Assembly: GCA_965248355.1 (NCBI GenBank)
Contig: OZ252098.1
Coordinates: 1,792,001 to 1,856,000, forward strand
DNA: 64,000 bases
DNA from: Candidatus Latescibacterota bacterium
GTDB taxonomy: Bacteria > Latescibacterota > UBA2968 > UBA8231
Direction: 5' to 3'
Part shown: one piece after another, positions 9,664 to 19,633 of the stretch
Layout: the number at the start of each line of letters is the position of its first letter
How positions within the stretch are numbered: the stretch's first letter is position 1
Translations under genes and position numbers: made by a program
Notes under the pieces: generated by a model
Database searches by the model: none
Told to the model about the DNA's origin: nothing
Seen by the model: only the letters and a program-made list of their open reading frames with translations

Positions 9664-12600
9664 TCAGTCCACGGCGGACGGCGCCGGCCCTCGGTCCGGG
9701 GTGGCGCCGGAGTCAGCGGATCCCGGACCGAGCTCGACGATGCTCCGGCGCACGGACTCGGCGATCTCGCGGTAGACTTCGTAGGGGGTCAGGCGTTCCA
9801 GCAGGGACCGGAAAGAGCCGGGCTCGACGGCGCCGCCGAGGCGCACGCGGGCGTGGCGGGGACTGCTGGAGAGATCGCCTTCGCTGGCGGACAGATCGAC
9901 GCGGACGGGAATCACCGGCAGGTCCAGCTCCAGGGCCAGCAGTCCGATCCCCGGCTTGCAGGCACCCACGGAGGAGGGCCGGGGCGCTCCCTCCGGAAAC
10001 AGCAGCAGGGGCCGCCGCCGGCCGATGCGGCTCACCGCCTCCTCCAGGGCTCGCGGCAGGCTCTCCTGCCCGGACAGGGTCACCAGCTCGGCGAACCAGC
10101 GGCACAGCCTCGACTCCCAGCGGCCGCCGATGGTGTCCTGCCGCTCCACGAACAGGCAGAGCCCGTCCAGGTCCGGCCGCAACGCCGCGTAGATGGCGGC
10201 CGCCGCCGCCGGACCCGGGCGGCTGGCGGCCAGCAGGAAGGGTCCGCCGGGCAGATCCTCGGTGCCTTCGACCTCTACCCGGAGCGAGGCCCGCAACACC
10301 CTGGCGGCGGCGGTACCCAGGGCCGATCGCCCCCTCGGCGCCTCGGGTCCAGCGCCGCCGAGGAGCGAGGACCAGTAGCTCTTCGCCTCGGGTTCCTCCA
10401 GGGTCAACCCGGGATCCACCTCGTCGAGGAGCCGGCGCAGGGTGGTCCGCCGGCGGTCGATGGTGGGCGGCTTTGCGCCGGCCTCCTCGAGACAGGCGGC
10501 CAGCTCGACCGCCATGAGCGAGTCGATCAGCGTGTCCAGGGGAGCGTCGGCATGGGCGACGATCTCACCGACGGCCAGTCCCGACAGCCGGCTGAGCCGG
10601 TGGTAGACCTGCCGCTCCCAGGGGGCCAGGCTGTCGGCGGCGTCCACCTCCTCCGGGGCTCCCCGCTCGAGATCCTCGCGCAAAGCGCTACGATCGACGC
10701 GGCCGTCGTCGAGCCGCGGCAGGGGCCGGCGCTGGATGTGCAGCCGGGCGATCCGCTGCCAGCTGGGCAGGTCGCGCGACAAGGTGTAGGCCCGTTGCCG
10801 GATGCGCTCCTCCGTCTCTTGCAGGTCGAGCTCCCGGGCCCGGTGGTCGAGAACGGCGACCCCGTGCACCTCCTCTCCGAGAGTGCGGGCCGAGGGCAGG
10901 CCGACGACGGCCAGCTCGGCCGTGTGCGGCAGGCCGCTGTAGAGCTCTTCCACCTCGTCGGGATAGACGTTCTTGCCGCCGCCGGTGACGATCAGGTCGC
11001 GCCGCCGCCCGGTGATGAACAAGTAGCCGTCCTCGTCGACGTGCCCCACGTCGCCGGTGTGCAGCCAGCCGTCCCTCAGGACCTCGGCGGTCAGGTCCGG
11101 CCGGTTCAGGTATCCCGCGGTCACCGAAAGGCCGGAGACCAGGATCTCGCCGTCGTGGCCGAGGGGCGCGTCGATGCGCAGCTCGACGCAGGGCAGGGCG
11201 ACGCCCACGGATCCACGGCGGGCTCCACCCGGGGGATTGACGGTGACGATGGGCGAGGTCTCGGTCAGTCCGTATCCCTCGTAGACCGTGAGGCCCAGAT
11301 CGCGGTAGGTGTCGAACAGCGCTTCGCCGAGGGGCGCGCCACCGGAGACGATCAGGCGCAGTTGCCGCAGCACCTCGATGGGAGCCTGCGCTCCGTCCGT
11401 TCTCGTATCCAGACGCTGCACCCGGTCCGCCAGGATCTTGAGGATCCGCGGCACGGCGAGAATGGCCGTGATGCCGCGGTCCCGGATGGTCTCGAGGATG
11501 TTGCGGCTGTTGAGGGGGCCGTCGAGGTAGATGGTCGAGGCTCCGCCCCACAGGGACATGAGCAGGGCACCGGTGAACTCGAGTCCATGGTGCAACGGCA
11601 GGAGCGACAGGATGCGGTCGCTGTCGTGCACGCGCTGCACCTCCCCCAGCGCCAGCAGGTCGGAGATCAGGTTGCGGTGGGTGAGGATCACCCCCCTTGG
11701 GTCGACGCGGGTGCCGGAGGTGAAGATGATGGACGCCTCCCGGTCCTGGGAGATCTCCGGCTCCTGGAAGGTGGACCCGGCCATCTCCGCCGCCGCATCC
11801 ACCGGGGCGCCCGAGGCCAGGTCGATCCTGGTCCGCCCCGCGGCCGGGGCGATGCGGTCCAGGACGTCGGCGCCGGCCACGATCGCCCGGGCTCCGGCAA
11901 AGGCGGCCAGCCGCTCCACCTCCTCCCCCGGCGTCTGCGGGTCCAGGGGCACCACGGCGGCGCCGAGGAAGGAGCAGGCCATGTAGGAGATGACCCATTC
12001 GGGGCCGTTCTCGCCGGCCAGCAGGGCCCGATGGCCCGCGCCGAGGCCGAGCCCCTGCCAGCGGGCGGCTCGTTCCTCCACCCGCTGCAGCAGCTCGGCG
12101 TAGGTGATCCGGTGCCAGCGGCCTTCGGGGCGGGCCTCGAAGGCGACGCGCCCGGCGTGGCGGGCGCAGGCCCAGCGCAGCAGATCGGGCAGCGTGGAGA
12201 TCTCCCGCTCCGCCCGCAGCCGCTCCTCCTCGACACCCGGCTCCTCGGGCGCCTCCGGCAGCACCGCCTCCGGAGCCGCCTCCTCGCGCAGCACGTGGCG
12301 CCGCAGACCGGGCAGGTGGATATCGGCCACGTACTCGCGCCAGTCGATCCCGGTCACGTCCATTTCGAAGCAGGCGCGCTCCTGGGGGGGCAGCGACTCG
12401 TACAGCTTGCGCGTGCGGCCCGTCTCGAAGCGGCAATCGAGATGGGTGTACGGGTGATAGATGTCCACGTAGTAGAGCACGCGCTGCAGCCGGACCTTGG
12501 CCGTCCCGAGGAGCCGCCGCTTCCGCGGCGGCGGCGAACGGCCGGGCAGGTCGAGGAGCCTCTCCCGGAGCTGGATGGGCCCGAGATGCCGCAGTCGAAA

Positions 12601-13875
12601 GAGGATCCGGAACAGGCGCAGGCTCGGGTAGCGCCAATCGGGCAGCGGCGGCCTTCGACCGTCGCGGTCCGGCATGGGTGTGCGCATGTAGTGAGCGCGC
12701 ACGCTGTCGAACAGCCGGCCCAGGCGCACCGGGTTCTCGGTGCCCGTGGCCACCTGGAAGACCTCCACCGAATCCGGCCGCGCCCGCACCGCGGCGGCGA
12801 GGGTGGCGTTCACCACCCGGTCCACCGGGATCAGGTCGAGGATGATGTCCGGCCGCGCGGGAAAGTCCGGCACCAGGCCCCGTCCGTAGGCGACGATCAG
12901 AGGGTCCATCACCTTCAGCCCCGTGATCCAGCCCGGTTCCGGATCGGCGAGGCTGCTCTCGATGATGCTGGGACGAACGACCACCAGGGGTACGTCGCCG
13001 CGCCGCAGGGTGAGCATCTGCTCGCCCATGGCCTTCGTATAGGTGTAGACGTCGTTCCACCCATGCTCGCGGGCCCGTCGCATGCCCTCCGCCACCAGGC
13101 GCCTCCGGACCCAGCGCGCCCGGCGATCCTCGACGAGCTGCTCGAGACGGGTGCTCGTCAGCTTGCGGCTCCCGGGGCGCCCGTACTCGCGTACCACCTC
13201 CCGTTTCAGGCGCCGGGTGAAGTCCTCCTCGGCGGCCTCTTCCCGGATGCGCCGGCAGGCCGCCCGGCAGTCGGCCACCTCGCTCACGGGATCGAAGCCG
13301 GGGCCGTCGCCGTCGATGACCTGGCGCATGTCCCGGTCGACGGGCAAGGGCTCGTCGGGAATCGTTCCCTGGCGCTGACCGTTCACGTAGGCGGTGGAGA
13401 CGTGCACGAAGTCGACGCGCCGCTTCGTGGCCCCGGCCAGCTCCATCAGGGCCAGCGGCCCCCCGACGTTGGCCTGGACCGACACGTCCAGGGGCTCGTC
13501 GAAGACGACGGTTGCGGCGCTGTTGAAGATCGTGTCGACCTCGGCCGACAGTCGCTGCCGATCCTCGGAGGACAGTCCCAGATCGGCCTGACGCTCGTCG
13601 ATGGCCACCGGGAGCACCTTCTCTCGAAGGCGCTCCCACCGGCCGGGGTCGGCCTCCGCCAGGCGCTGAAAGAGAGCCGTCTGGTACAAATCCTGCAGAC
13701 GCTCGTCGGGGGAGACTTCCCGGCCATCGGCTCGCCGGCGGGGACGGATCATCAGGTAGACGCGGCGGACCTCCTCCCCGAGGTCGCGCAGGATCTTGGC
13801 CAGCAGCGCCTGGCCGACGAAACCCGTACTCCCGGTGATCAGCAGACTTCGGTCTGTGTAGTACTCACGGATCAT
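9664..13875 (-). CDS. Multidomain fatty acyl-CoA reductase / acyl-CoA synthetase / ACP / acyltransferase-like protein (ElbD-like architecture)
   Basis: Reductase: TGSTGFVG, HVSTAYV, YTYTK, RPSII. Adenylation: FTSGT, YGLTET, LHTGD, GKNVYPDEVE. ACP: LIDSLMAVEL. PlsC-like: FPEG, LPVIPV. Confidence 0.85.
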   Translation of the reverse strand: MIREYYTDRSLLITGSTGFVGQALLAKILRDLGEEVRRVYLMIRPRRRADGREVSPDERLQDLYQTALFQRLAEADPGRWERLREKVLPVAIDERQADLGLSSEDRQRLSAEVDTIFNSAATVVFDEPLDVSVQANVGGPLALMELAGATKRRVDFVHVSTAYVNGQRQGTIPDEPLPVDRDMRQVIDGDGPGFDPVSEVADCRAACRRIREEAAEEDFTRRLKREVVREYGRPGSRKLTSTRLEQLVEDRRARWVRRRLVAEGMRRAREHGWNDVYTYTKAMGEQMLTLRRGDVPLVVVRPSIIESSLADPEPGWITGLKVMDPLIVAYGRGLVPDFPARPDIILDLIPVDRVVNATLAAAVRARPDSVEVFQVATGTENPVRLGRLFDSVRAHYMRTPMPDRDGRRPPLPDWRYPSLRLFRILFRLRHLGPIQLRERLLDLPGRSPPPRKRRLLGTAKVRLQRVLYYVDIYHPYTHLDCRFETGRTRKLYESLPPQERACFEMDVTGIDWREYVADIHLPGLRRHVLREEAAPEAVLPEAPEEPGVEEERLRAEREISTLPDLLRWACARHAGRVAFEARPEGRWHRITYAELLQRVEERAARWQGLGLGAGHRALLAGENGPEWVISYMACSFLGAAVVPLDPQTPGEEVERLAAFAGARAIVAGADVLDRIAPAAGRTRIDLASGAPVDAAAEMAGSTFQEPEISQDREASIIFTSGTRVDPRGVILTHRNLISDLLALGEVQRVHDSDRILSLLPLHHGLEFTGALLMSLWGGASTIYLDGPLNSRNILETIRDRGITAILAVPRILKILADRVQRLDTRTDGAQAPIEVLRQLRLIVSGGAPLGEALFDTYRDLGLTVYEGYGLTETSPIVTVNPPGGARRGSVGVALPCVELRIDAPLGHDGEILVSGLSVTAGYLNRPDLTAEVLRDGWLHTGDVGHVDEDGYLFITGRRRDLIVTGGGKNVYPDEVEELYSGLPHTAELAVVGLPSARTLGEEVHGVAVLDHRARELDLQETEERIRQRAYTLSRDLPSWQRIARLHIQRRPLPRLDDGRVDRSALREDLERGAPEEVDAADSLAPWERQVYHRLSRLSGLAVGEIVAHADAPLDTLIDSLMAVELAACLEEAGAKPPTIDRRRTTLRRLLDEVDPGLTLEEPEAKSYWSSLLGGAGPEAPRGRSALGTAAARVLRASLRVEVEGTEDLPGGPFLLAASRPGPAAAAAIYAALRPDLDGLCLFVERQDTIGGRWESRLCRWFAELVTLSGQESLPRALEEAVSRIGRRRPLLLFPEGAPRPSSVGACKPGIGLLALELDLPVIPVRVDLSASEGDLSSSPRHARVRLGGAVEPGSFRSLLERLTPYEVYREIAESVRRSIVELGPGSADSGATPDRGPAPSAVD

Positions 13876-14225
13876 CGACGTGGAGGGAACCGGAGGTGGG
13901 AGGGGAGGAAGGACGTAACTCTCCGCCGAATCCGTATGTTATCGACACGGATCAGGCCTGACAAGGAGGCGCGCGGCGTCAGGAGACCGGCGGCGGCGGG
14001 GCCTCGTCCTCCTTGCAGCCACCCTCGTCCTCCGGCCTGCGGCGCGGCTCCTGACGGGTGATGTAGGGATGCCGCACCTGCTGACGCAGGGCCTCGCGAT
14101 CCGGCCCGCAGCGATCCCCCGCCCGGGAGCGTCCTTTCGGTTCATCCTTCATGTACTCAAGTGTACGTCGTTGCCCTTGGAGATGAAATCACCCCGGCGG
14201 ACGACCCCCGCCCGATGAGATCCCG

Positions 14226-15125
14226 ATGATCGACGGACCCTGGACCCTGATCGCCAATCCCGCGGCGGGAGGCGGGCGCGGCCGCAGGGTGGCCGAGCAC
14301 GGCCGGCGCCGCCTGCGGCAGGCCGGGCTGGACGTCACCCTGGCCTGGACCCAAGGGCGCGGACAGGCGCGGGAGCTGGCCGCCGCCGCCATCGCCCGGG
14401 GCTGCCCGGTGGTCGTCGTCTGCGGCGGGGACGGCACCGTGGCGGAGGTGCTGCCGGAGCTGGCCGGCCAGGGCACGAGCCTCGGCCTCCTGCCCGCCGG
14501 GACCTGCAACGACCTGGCCCGCGCCCTCGGCGTCCCCAGGTCCGCGGAGCCGGCGGTGCGGGTTCTCGTCGAGGGCCGGCCCCGGCCGATCGATCTGGGC
14601 CGCTGCGGGCAGGCCTGGTTCGCCACCATCGCCTCCTTCGGCTTCGACGCGGAGGTGGGCGGGGCGATGGCGGCGGGGCTCGCGCCGTTCTCCGGAACGG
14701 CCGGTTACCTCTACACCGCTCTCCGCCATCTGCGCAGGTACCGCCCGCCCAGGGTGCGGGTCCGGGGTGACTTCGGCGTACTGGAGCGGGAGGTCTTCCT
14801 CGCGGCCACGGCCAACACCAGCTCCTACGGTGGAGGCATGCGCATCTGCCCGGAGGCCGACCCGACGGACGGAAGGCTCGACCTCTGCCTGGTCGACGGC
14901 AGCGTCTCTCCGCGCGTGGTGCTCGCCATGCTTCCCAGGATCTTCCGGGGCGGCCACGTGCGCTCCCCGGCGGTGCGCATGCTGCGCTCCTCCTGGGTGG
15001 AGATCGAGCCCCTCGACGGCGGGCCCATGTCCCTGCGCGCCGACGGCGAGCGCCTGGCCGACGCGCCGGCGGTGCTGCATGTCGAACCCCAGGCACTGAG
15101 GGTCATTCAGCCGGCCTCTCCATAG
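14226..15125 (+). CDS. Diacylglycerol kinase family (YegS/DAGK-like) lipid kinase
   Basis: NPAAG, GGDGT, PAGTCNDLA, YGGG, DGE. Confidence 0.9.
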   Translation: MIDGPWTLIANPAAGGGRGRRVAEHGRRRLRQAGLDVTLAWTQGRGQARELAAAAIARGCPVVVVCGGDGTVAEVLPELAGQGTSLGLLPAGTCNDLARALGVPRSAEPAVRVLVEGRPRPIDLGRCGQAWFATIASFGFDAEVGGAMAAGLAPFSGTAGYLYTALRHLRRYRPPRVRVRGDFGVLEREVFLAATANTSSYGGGMRICPEADPTDGRLDLCLVDGSVSPRVVLAMLPRIFRGGHVRSPAVRMLRSSWVEIEPLDGGPMSLRADGERLADAPAVLHVEPQALRVIQPASP

Positions 15126-15257
15126 GGGCCGCGGGTCCCATCTTCAGGGCCGGACCGAGGCCGGCGGTGGCGGATCTGCGGCCGATGTTGCATATTGCGC
15201 ATGCCGCCCCCCCACTGGCGGACTCCTCCCTGACCCATCCCCGCGACCCCCCGACCC

Positions 15258-16229
15258 ATGGCCACCAGGGCACAAAGAGTCCGTCTCGCCGTCTTTCTCA
15301 TGTTCTCCATCAGCGTTCTCGGCGGCTTCCTCGTCGTCGTGGCGGGATCCCAGTTGCTGCGCCAGCGGCTGACCTACTACATCGAGTTCGCGGAGTCCGT
15401 GGGCGGCCTGTCCGCCGGCGATCCCGTCAAGTACCAGGGCATCACCGTGGGCCGCGTGGATGACACGCGCGTGTCCGGCGACGAGATCGGCGTCGTTCTC
15501 GTGGAGATCTCCCTGGAGGCCCGCAAGGTGCCCAACCTGATCCGCACCGACACCCAGGCGCGGCTCTACAGCCAGGGCGTGACCGGGCTGAAGTACATCG
15601 AGCTGAGCTCCGGATCCCCCGACGCGCCGCTCCTCGAGCCGGGTCAGGTCCTGCCGGCGCGGGCGACCTTCCTGTCGAACATGGAGGAACGAGCGGAGGT
15701 GCTCATGGTGCGCATCGAGGCCCTGCTGACCAACCTGACGGCGATGACGGCGGAGCAGAACCAGCACCGCCTGGGCCGGATGATCGAGGCCGGCTCGGAG
15801 TTGATGGAGAACACCAACGCCCTGCTCACCGACCGGAGGGGCGACCTGGGCGAGACGATCACCAACCTGGCCCGGGTCACCGACAACCTGGCGGCCACCA
15901 CCGCCTCCATGCGCGCCGCCATGGACTCCATCCGGGTCCTGACCTCCGCCGAGGAGACGCGTGCGGCCCTGCGCGATCTCAGCCGGTCGATCCGCGTCCT
16001 GCGCGAGCACCTCGAAGGACCGGTGCCCGAGCTGCTGGCCAGCCTGCAGCAGATGACGGGGAAGATCGACGCCACCGTCACCCACGTGGACCGGACCGTG
16101 CTGCAGAGCCGCAAGAACATCCTCGACGCCATGCAGAGCCTGGAGGAGACGCTGCTCAACGTGCGCCAGGCCACGGAGCTGATCCGCGAGAATCCCGCCG
16201 TGCTGCTTCGCGGAAGGACGGACCCGTGA
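15258..16229 (+). CDS. MCE/MlaD family protein
   Basis: N-terminal TM, SVGGLSAGDPVKYQGITVGRV, GLKYIEL, long helical tail. Confidence 0.88.
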   Translation: MATRAQRVRLAVFLMFSISVLGGFLVVVAGSQLLRQRLTYYIEFAESVGGLSAGDPVKYQGITVGRVDDTRVSGDEIGVVLVEISLEARKVPNLIRTDTQARLYSQGVTGLKYIELSSGSPDAPLLEPGQVLPARATFLSNMEERAEVLMVRIEALLTNLTAMTAEQNQHRLGRMIEAGSELMENTNALLTDRRGDLGETITNLARVTDNLAATTASMRAAMDSIRVLTSAEETRAALRDLSRSIRVLREHLEGPVPELLASLQQMTGKIDATVTHVDRTVLQSRKNILDAMQSLEETLLNVRQATELIRENPAVLLRGRTDP

Positions 16230-17020
16230 CCCCCGGGAACCGGGGCCTGGCGGTGGCGGCCCTGCTGGTCCTGCTGGCGGCCTCCGGGTGCTCGAGTCTC
16301 ATCGCGGGCAAGGCCGAGGTCCGCGAGCGCCGCAAGTTCATCATCGAGGGCCAGTCCCAGCGCCTGAATCTGCCGTTGTCGGAACGTCCCTACGAGCTCA
16401 GGGTCCAGATCGAGCGCTTCGCCATCTCCAAGTTCTACGAGCGCGATCAGATCGTCTACCGCCTGTCCCCGGAGGAGATCCGGGACGACCGCTACAACCT
16501 CTGGGCCGTCCGTCCGAGCGAGATGATCACCAACGCCGTCGCCGATTACCTCCGGTCGGCGAACCTGTTCACCGACCTGCGTCCGGACTTCCTCGACGTA
16601 ACCCCGGAACTCACCCTCACCGGGACGATCGACGCCTTCGAGCGCTTCGACTCCGGGGACCGCTGGTGGGCCCGGCTCGACGGCACCCTGCAACTGGTGG
16701 ACGGCGAGGGCAGGATCTTCTGGCAGCACCGGTTCGCGCCGAGCGAGGTGGAGGTCTTCGAGGCGGACATGGCCTTCACCGTCCAGGGAATGAACGAGAT
16801 CCTGCGCCGGAACATGATCGATGCGATCCGCTCTCTCGACCGGGCCCTGTTGATCCGCAAGGCCAGCGCCGAGGGACGCGACCTGACGGGCCTTCTGGAG
16901 GAGGAGGGCAACGGCGCCGCGCCGGTGTCCACCGAGGCGGAGGCGACGCCGGAGACCCCGCGCGAGACCGAGGACTACATCGTGGTGCCAGGGAAGCTGG
17001 CCCCGCAGGGGGGCCGGTGA
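16226..17020 (+). CDS. ABC transport auxiliary lipoprotein (PqiC-like)
   Basis: Lipobox-like LAASGC; IVYR...WAVRPSEMI; position directly after the MCE gene. Confidence 0.75.
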   Translation: MTPGNRGLAVAALLVLLAASGCSSLIAGKAEVRERRKFIIEGQSQRLNLPLSERPYELRVQIERFAISKFYERDQIVYRLSPEEIRDDRYNLWAVRPSEMITNAVADYLRSANLFTDLRPDFLDVTPELTLTGTIDAFERFDSGDRWWARLDGTLQLVDGEGRIFWQHRFAPSEVEVFEADMAFTVQGMNEILRRNMIDAIRSLDRALLIRKASAEGRDLTGLLEEEGNGAAPVSTEAEATPETPRETEDYIVVPGKLAPQGGR

Positions 17021-18531
17021 TGCGCGCCTTCCGGTCCGCCGCCCTCTTCCTCGCCCTCGCCACGGCCGCGGCGGCGGACGAGAGCAGCTGGTCGGCCGCT
17101 TCCCCTTTCGCCCAGCTGTCGCGCGACCCGACCTTGCTGCCCAAGGGAAAGGGGATGCTGTTCATCCCCACCATGACCCTGCCCATCGGCAACGAGCCCA
17201 AGTTCCAGGTCTTTCGGGACGGCCGGGAGGTGCGGTCCGCCTCCCCCGGCCGCGGGCTCCCCCTCGATCCCGGGCTGTACCAGGTCCGGTTCGGCTCCGG
17301 GAACCTCTCTCAGCTGATCCGCAAGAACGTGCCGATCTTCGAGGGCGAGACGACGATGCTGAAGCCGACCTGGTCGGCCCTCGTCATCGATGTCATCGAT
17401 CAGACCCGGACCTCGGTGAACGAGAGCTACGAGCTGTTCGACGAGAGCGGCGAGAGCCACGGGCCCGGCTTCGGCATCGAGGAGGAACGAGGGGAACGGG
17501 TACGCACCTGGATCCTGCGGCCCGGGGTGTACAGCGTCGTGCGTCTGGGCGACTCCTTCGCCACCATCGACAAGTTCAGCGTGCAACTGCTGCCGGGGAT
17601 CCCCACCCAGCGCAACCTCGTCTACAACAGCGAGGCCGGGGAATTCACCTCCTTCTACCAGCGTCCGCAGCTCCATGCCCTGGTCCCGCGCGCCACCTCC
17701 GCCGTCCTCTCCCAGACCGAGCTTTCCGGCTCCGTCCGCGTGAACACCTCGCAGAAGACGGTCGGCGACAATCTGACGAGCGCGAACCTCGCCCTGCAGC
17801 TCTTCAACCACACGCGCTACAACACGGATCGGCACTACGCCAGCCTCCGCGTCCTCATCGAACAGGGCGCCAGCTGGCAGGAGAGCCAGGAGCTGCAGAA
17901 GGGGGTCGATCGCGCCGAGAGCCGCGCCACTTACATCTACCGGCTCTCTCCCCGGATCGGTCCGTACCTGCGCGGCGTGATCCACTCGAACGTCTTCCCC
18001 TCGGAGACGCGCTTCCGGATGCCGCGCGACCTGATCCGGACGGCCAGCAACGGCCGCGTGGACACCCTCGAAGGGATCGCGCGTTTCACGACGGCCCCCT
18101 CGCTCTCGCCGATCACCTTCCGCGAGGGCATCGGCATCAACTCCCGGGTGTTCCGCTACTTCGCCCTCAACACCGACCTGCGTCTGGGCATCGGAGCGCT
18201 CCAGGAGTTGTACAAGGGCTTCTTCGACGTCAGGACGGACTCGGCGGCCACGAGGGCCATCGAGTTCAAGAGTTCCTCCACCACCGGCTTCGAAGCCCTC
18301 GTCATCCTGGACGCCCGTCTTTCGAGGTTGGTCAGCCTCGACTCCGAGTTCGACATCCTCATGAGCTCGCGGGACTCGAAGGAGTGGTTCTTCACCTGGG
18401 AGAACCGCTTGCGCATCGCCCTGACGAGCTTCATCAACCTCGACATCAACGCCAATCTCGAACGGACCCAGGGCCTGCGGCGGCTGGCCGCCCGCGAGCA
18501 GGTTCTGCTGCGCTTCTCCCGGTTCTTCTGA
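17020..18531 (+). CDS. Hypothetical exported protein, probable outer-membrane beta-barrel C-terminus
   Basis: TGATG coupling; signal peptide; alternating hydrophobic beta-strand pattern; ends LLRFSRFF. Confidence 0.6.
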   Translation: MRAFRSAALFLALATAAAADESSWSAASPFAQLSRDPTLLPKGKGMLFIPTMTLPIGNEPKFQVFRDGREVRSASPGRGLPLDPGLYQVRFGSGNLSQLIRKNVPIFEGETTMLKPTWSALVIDVIDQTRTSVNESYELFDESGESHGPGFGIEEERGERVRTWILRPGVYSVVRLGDSFATIDKFSVQLLPGIPTQRNLVYNSEAGEFTSFYQRPQLHALVPRATSAVLSQTELSGSVRVNTSQKTVGDNLTSANLALQLFNHTRYNTDRHYASLRVLIEQGASWQESQELQKGVDRAESRATYIYRLSPRIGPYLRGVIHSNVFPSETRFRMPRDLIRTASNGRVDTLEGIARFTTAPSLSPITFREGIGINSRVFRYFALNTDLRLGIGALQELYKGFFDVRTDSAATRAIEFKSSSTTGFEALVILDARLSRLVSLDSEFDILMSSRDSKEWFFTWENRLRIALTSFINLDINANLERTQGLRRLAAREQVLLRFSRFF

Positions 18532-18535
18532 CGAG

Positions 18536-19633
18536 GTGGACATCCAGCCCGATGCCGGCGGTCGCCTCCGCATCACCGGGGCGTGCACCGTGGACTCGGT
18601 GGCGGCGGGATCCCACCGGTTCCGGCTGCTCATCCGCGAGAGCCCGCAGGCCGAGCTGACCGCCGATCTGTCCGGGCTCACCCGCCTCGACACGGTGGGC
18701 GCCGTGTGGCTCCGGCGCCTGCCGGCCCTGGCGGCCGAGGACGGCCGTCGGCTGCGCCTGGGCGAGACCCCGGCCTCGATGCGGCCCCTGATCGCCAGCG
18801 TCGACAGGGACCCGGCGACGGCCGAGGGTGATGACTCGCGGGAGCGGACGGGATTCCTCGAGCGGGTCGGCGAAGGGGCCTTCCGCCATCTGCGGGCCTG
18901 CCTCGACTTCCTCTACCTGGCCTCCGACCTGACCTGGGCCGCGGGCACCGCCCTCTTCCGGCGCCGGGGGGTGCGGCGGGGCGACTTCGTCAGGCAGTCG
19001 GCCGTGATCGGCGCCGACGGTCTGCCCATCGTCGCCGTCATCCTCTTCCTGATCGGCGGCGTGTCGACCCTGCAGGCGGCGGTCCAGCTGCGCCGCTTCG
19101 GGGCCAACGTTCTGGTCGCCGATCTGCTGTCGATCGGCATCACCCGGGAGCTCGGACCGCTGATGACGGCGATCGTGATCGCCGGCCGCTCCGGGTCGGC
19201 CTTCGCCGCCGAGATCGCCTCGATGAAGTTCAACGAGGAGATCGACGCCCTGCGGACCATGGCCCTCGACCCGCTGCGGCTCGTGGCCGTGCCCAAGATG
19301 TGGGCCATGCTCCTCACCCTTCCCCTGCTGACGATCACGGCCGACTTCGTGGGTCTCGCGGGGGGCACGGTGACGGGCGTCTTCTCCCTCGACATCTCGG
19401 CCTCGGCCTTTGTCGGCCGCGTGCAGAGCGCGCTGTTGCTGAAGGACGTGCTCACCGGGCTGGTGAAGTCCCTTTCCTTCGCCTGGATCATCACCGTCGT
19501 CTCCGTGTACCGGGGCCTGCAGGCCCGGGGCGGGGCCGCCGGAGTCGGCGCGGCGACCACCTCCTCGGTGGTCTCGTCGATCTTCGCCATCATCGTCCTC
19601 GACCTGACCTGGGGCCTCGTCTTCTACCTGTGA
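18536..19633 (+). CDS. mlaE: MlaE family permease with N-terminal STAS-like domain
   Basis: DLSGLTRLDTVG (STAS); RELGPLMTAIVIAGRSGSAFAAEI, EEIDAL, VGAATTSSVV. Confidence 0.88.
   Translation: MDIQPDAGGRLRITGACTVDSVAAGSHRFRLLIRESPQAELTADLSGLTRLDTVGAVWLRRLPALAAEDGRRLRLGETPASMRPLIASVDRDPATAEGDDSRERTGFLERVGEGAFRHLRACLDFLYLASDLTWAAGTALFRRRGVRRGDFVRQSAVIGADGLPIVAVILFLIGGVSTLQAAVQLRRFGANVLVADLLSIGITRELGPLMTAIVIAGRSGSAFAAEIASMKFNEEIDALRTMALDPLRLVAVPKMWAMLLTLPLLTITADFVGLAGGTVTGVFSLDISASAFVGRVQSALLLKDVLTGLVKSLSFAWIITVVSVYRGLQARGGAAGVGAATTSSVVSSIFAIIVLDLTWGLVFYL

Noticed and set aside
9664..13875. NRPS/PKS biosynthetic cluster
   Set aside because: No condensation or ketosynthase domain; the domains are lipid-metabolic.
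9853..14061. 1402-aa plus-strand ORF and similar long antisense or alternate-frame ORFs (e.g. 7565-9775, N-terminal part of 24946-29562)
   Set aside because: Shadow ORFs caused by high-GC codon bias opposite genes with clear motifs.
13979..14152. 57-aa minus-strand ORF (MKDEPKGRS...PPPPVS) upstream of the ElbD-like gene
   Set aside because: No clear RBS or recognisable motif; possible but unsupported.
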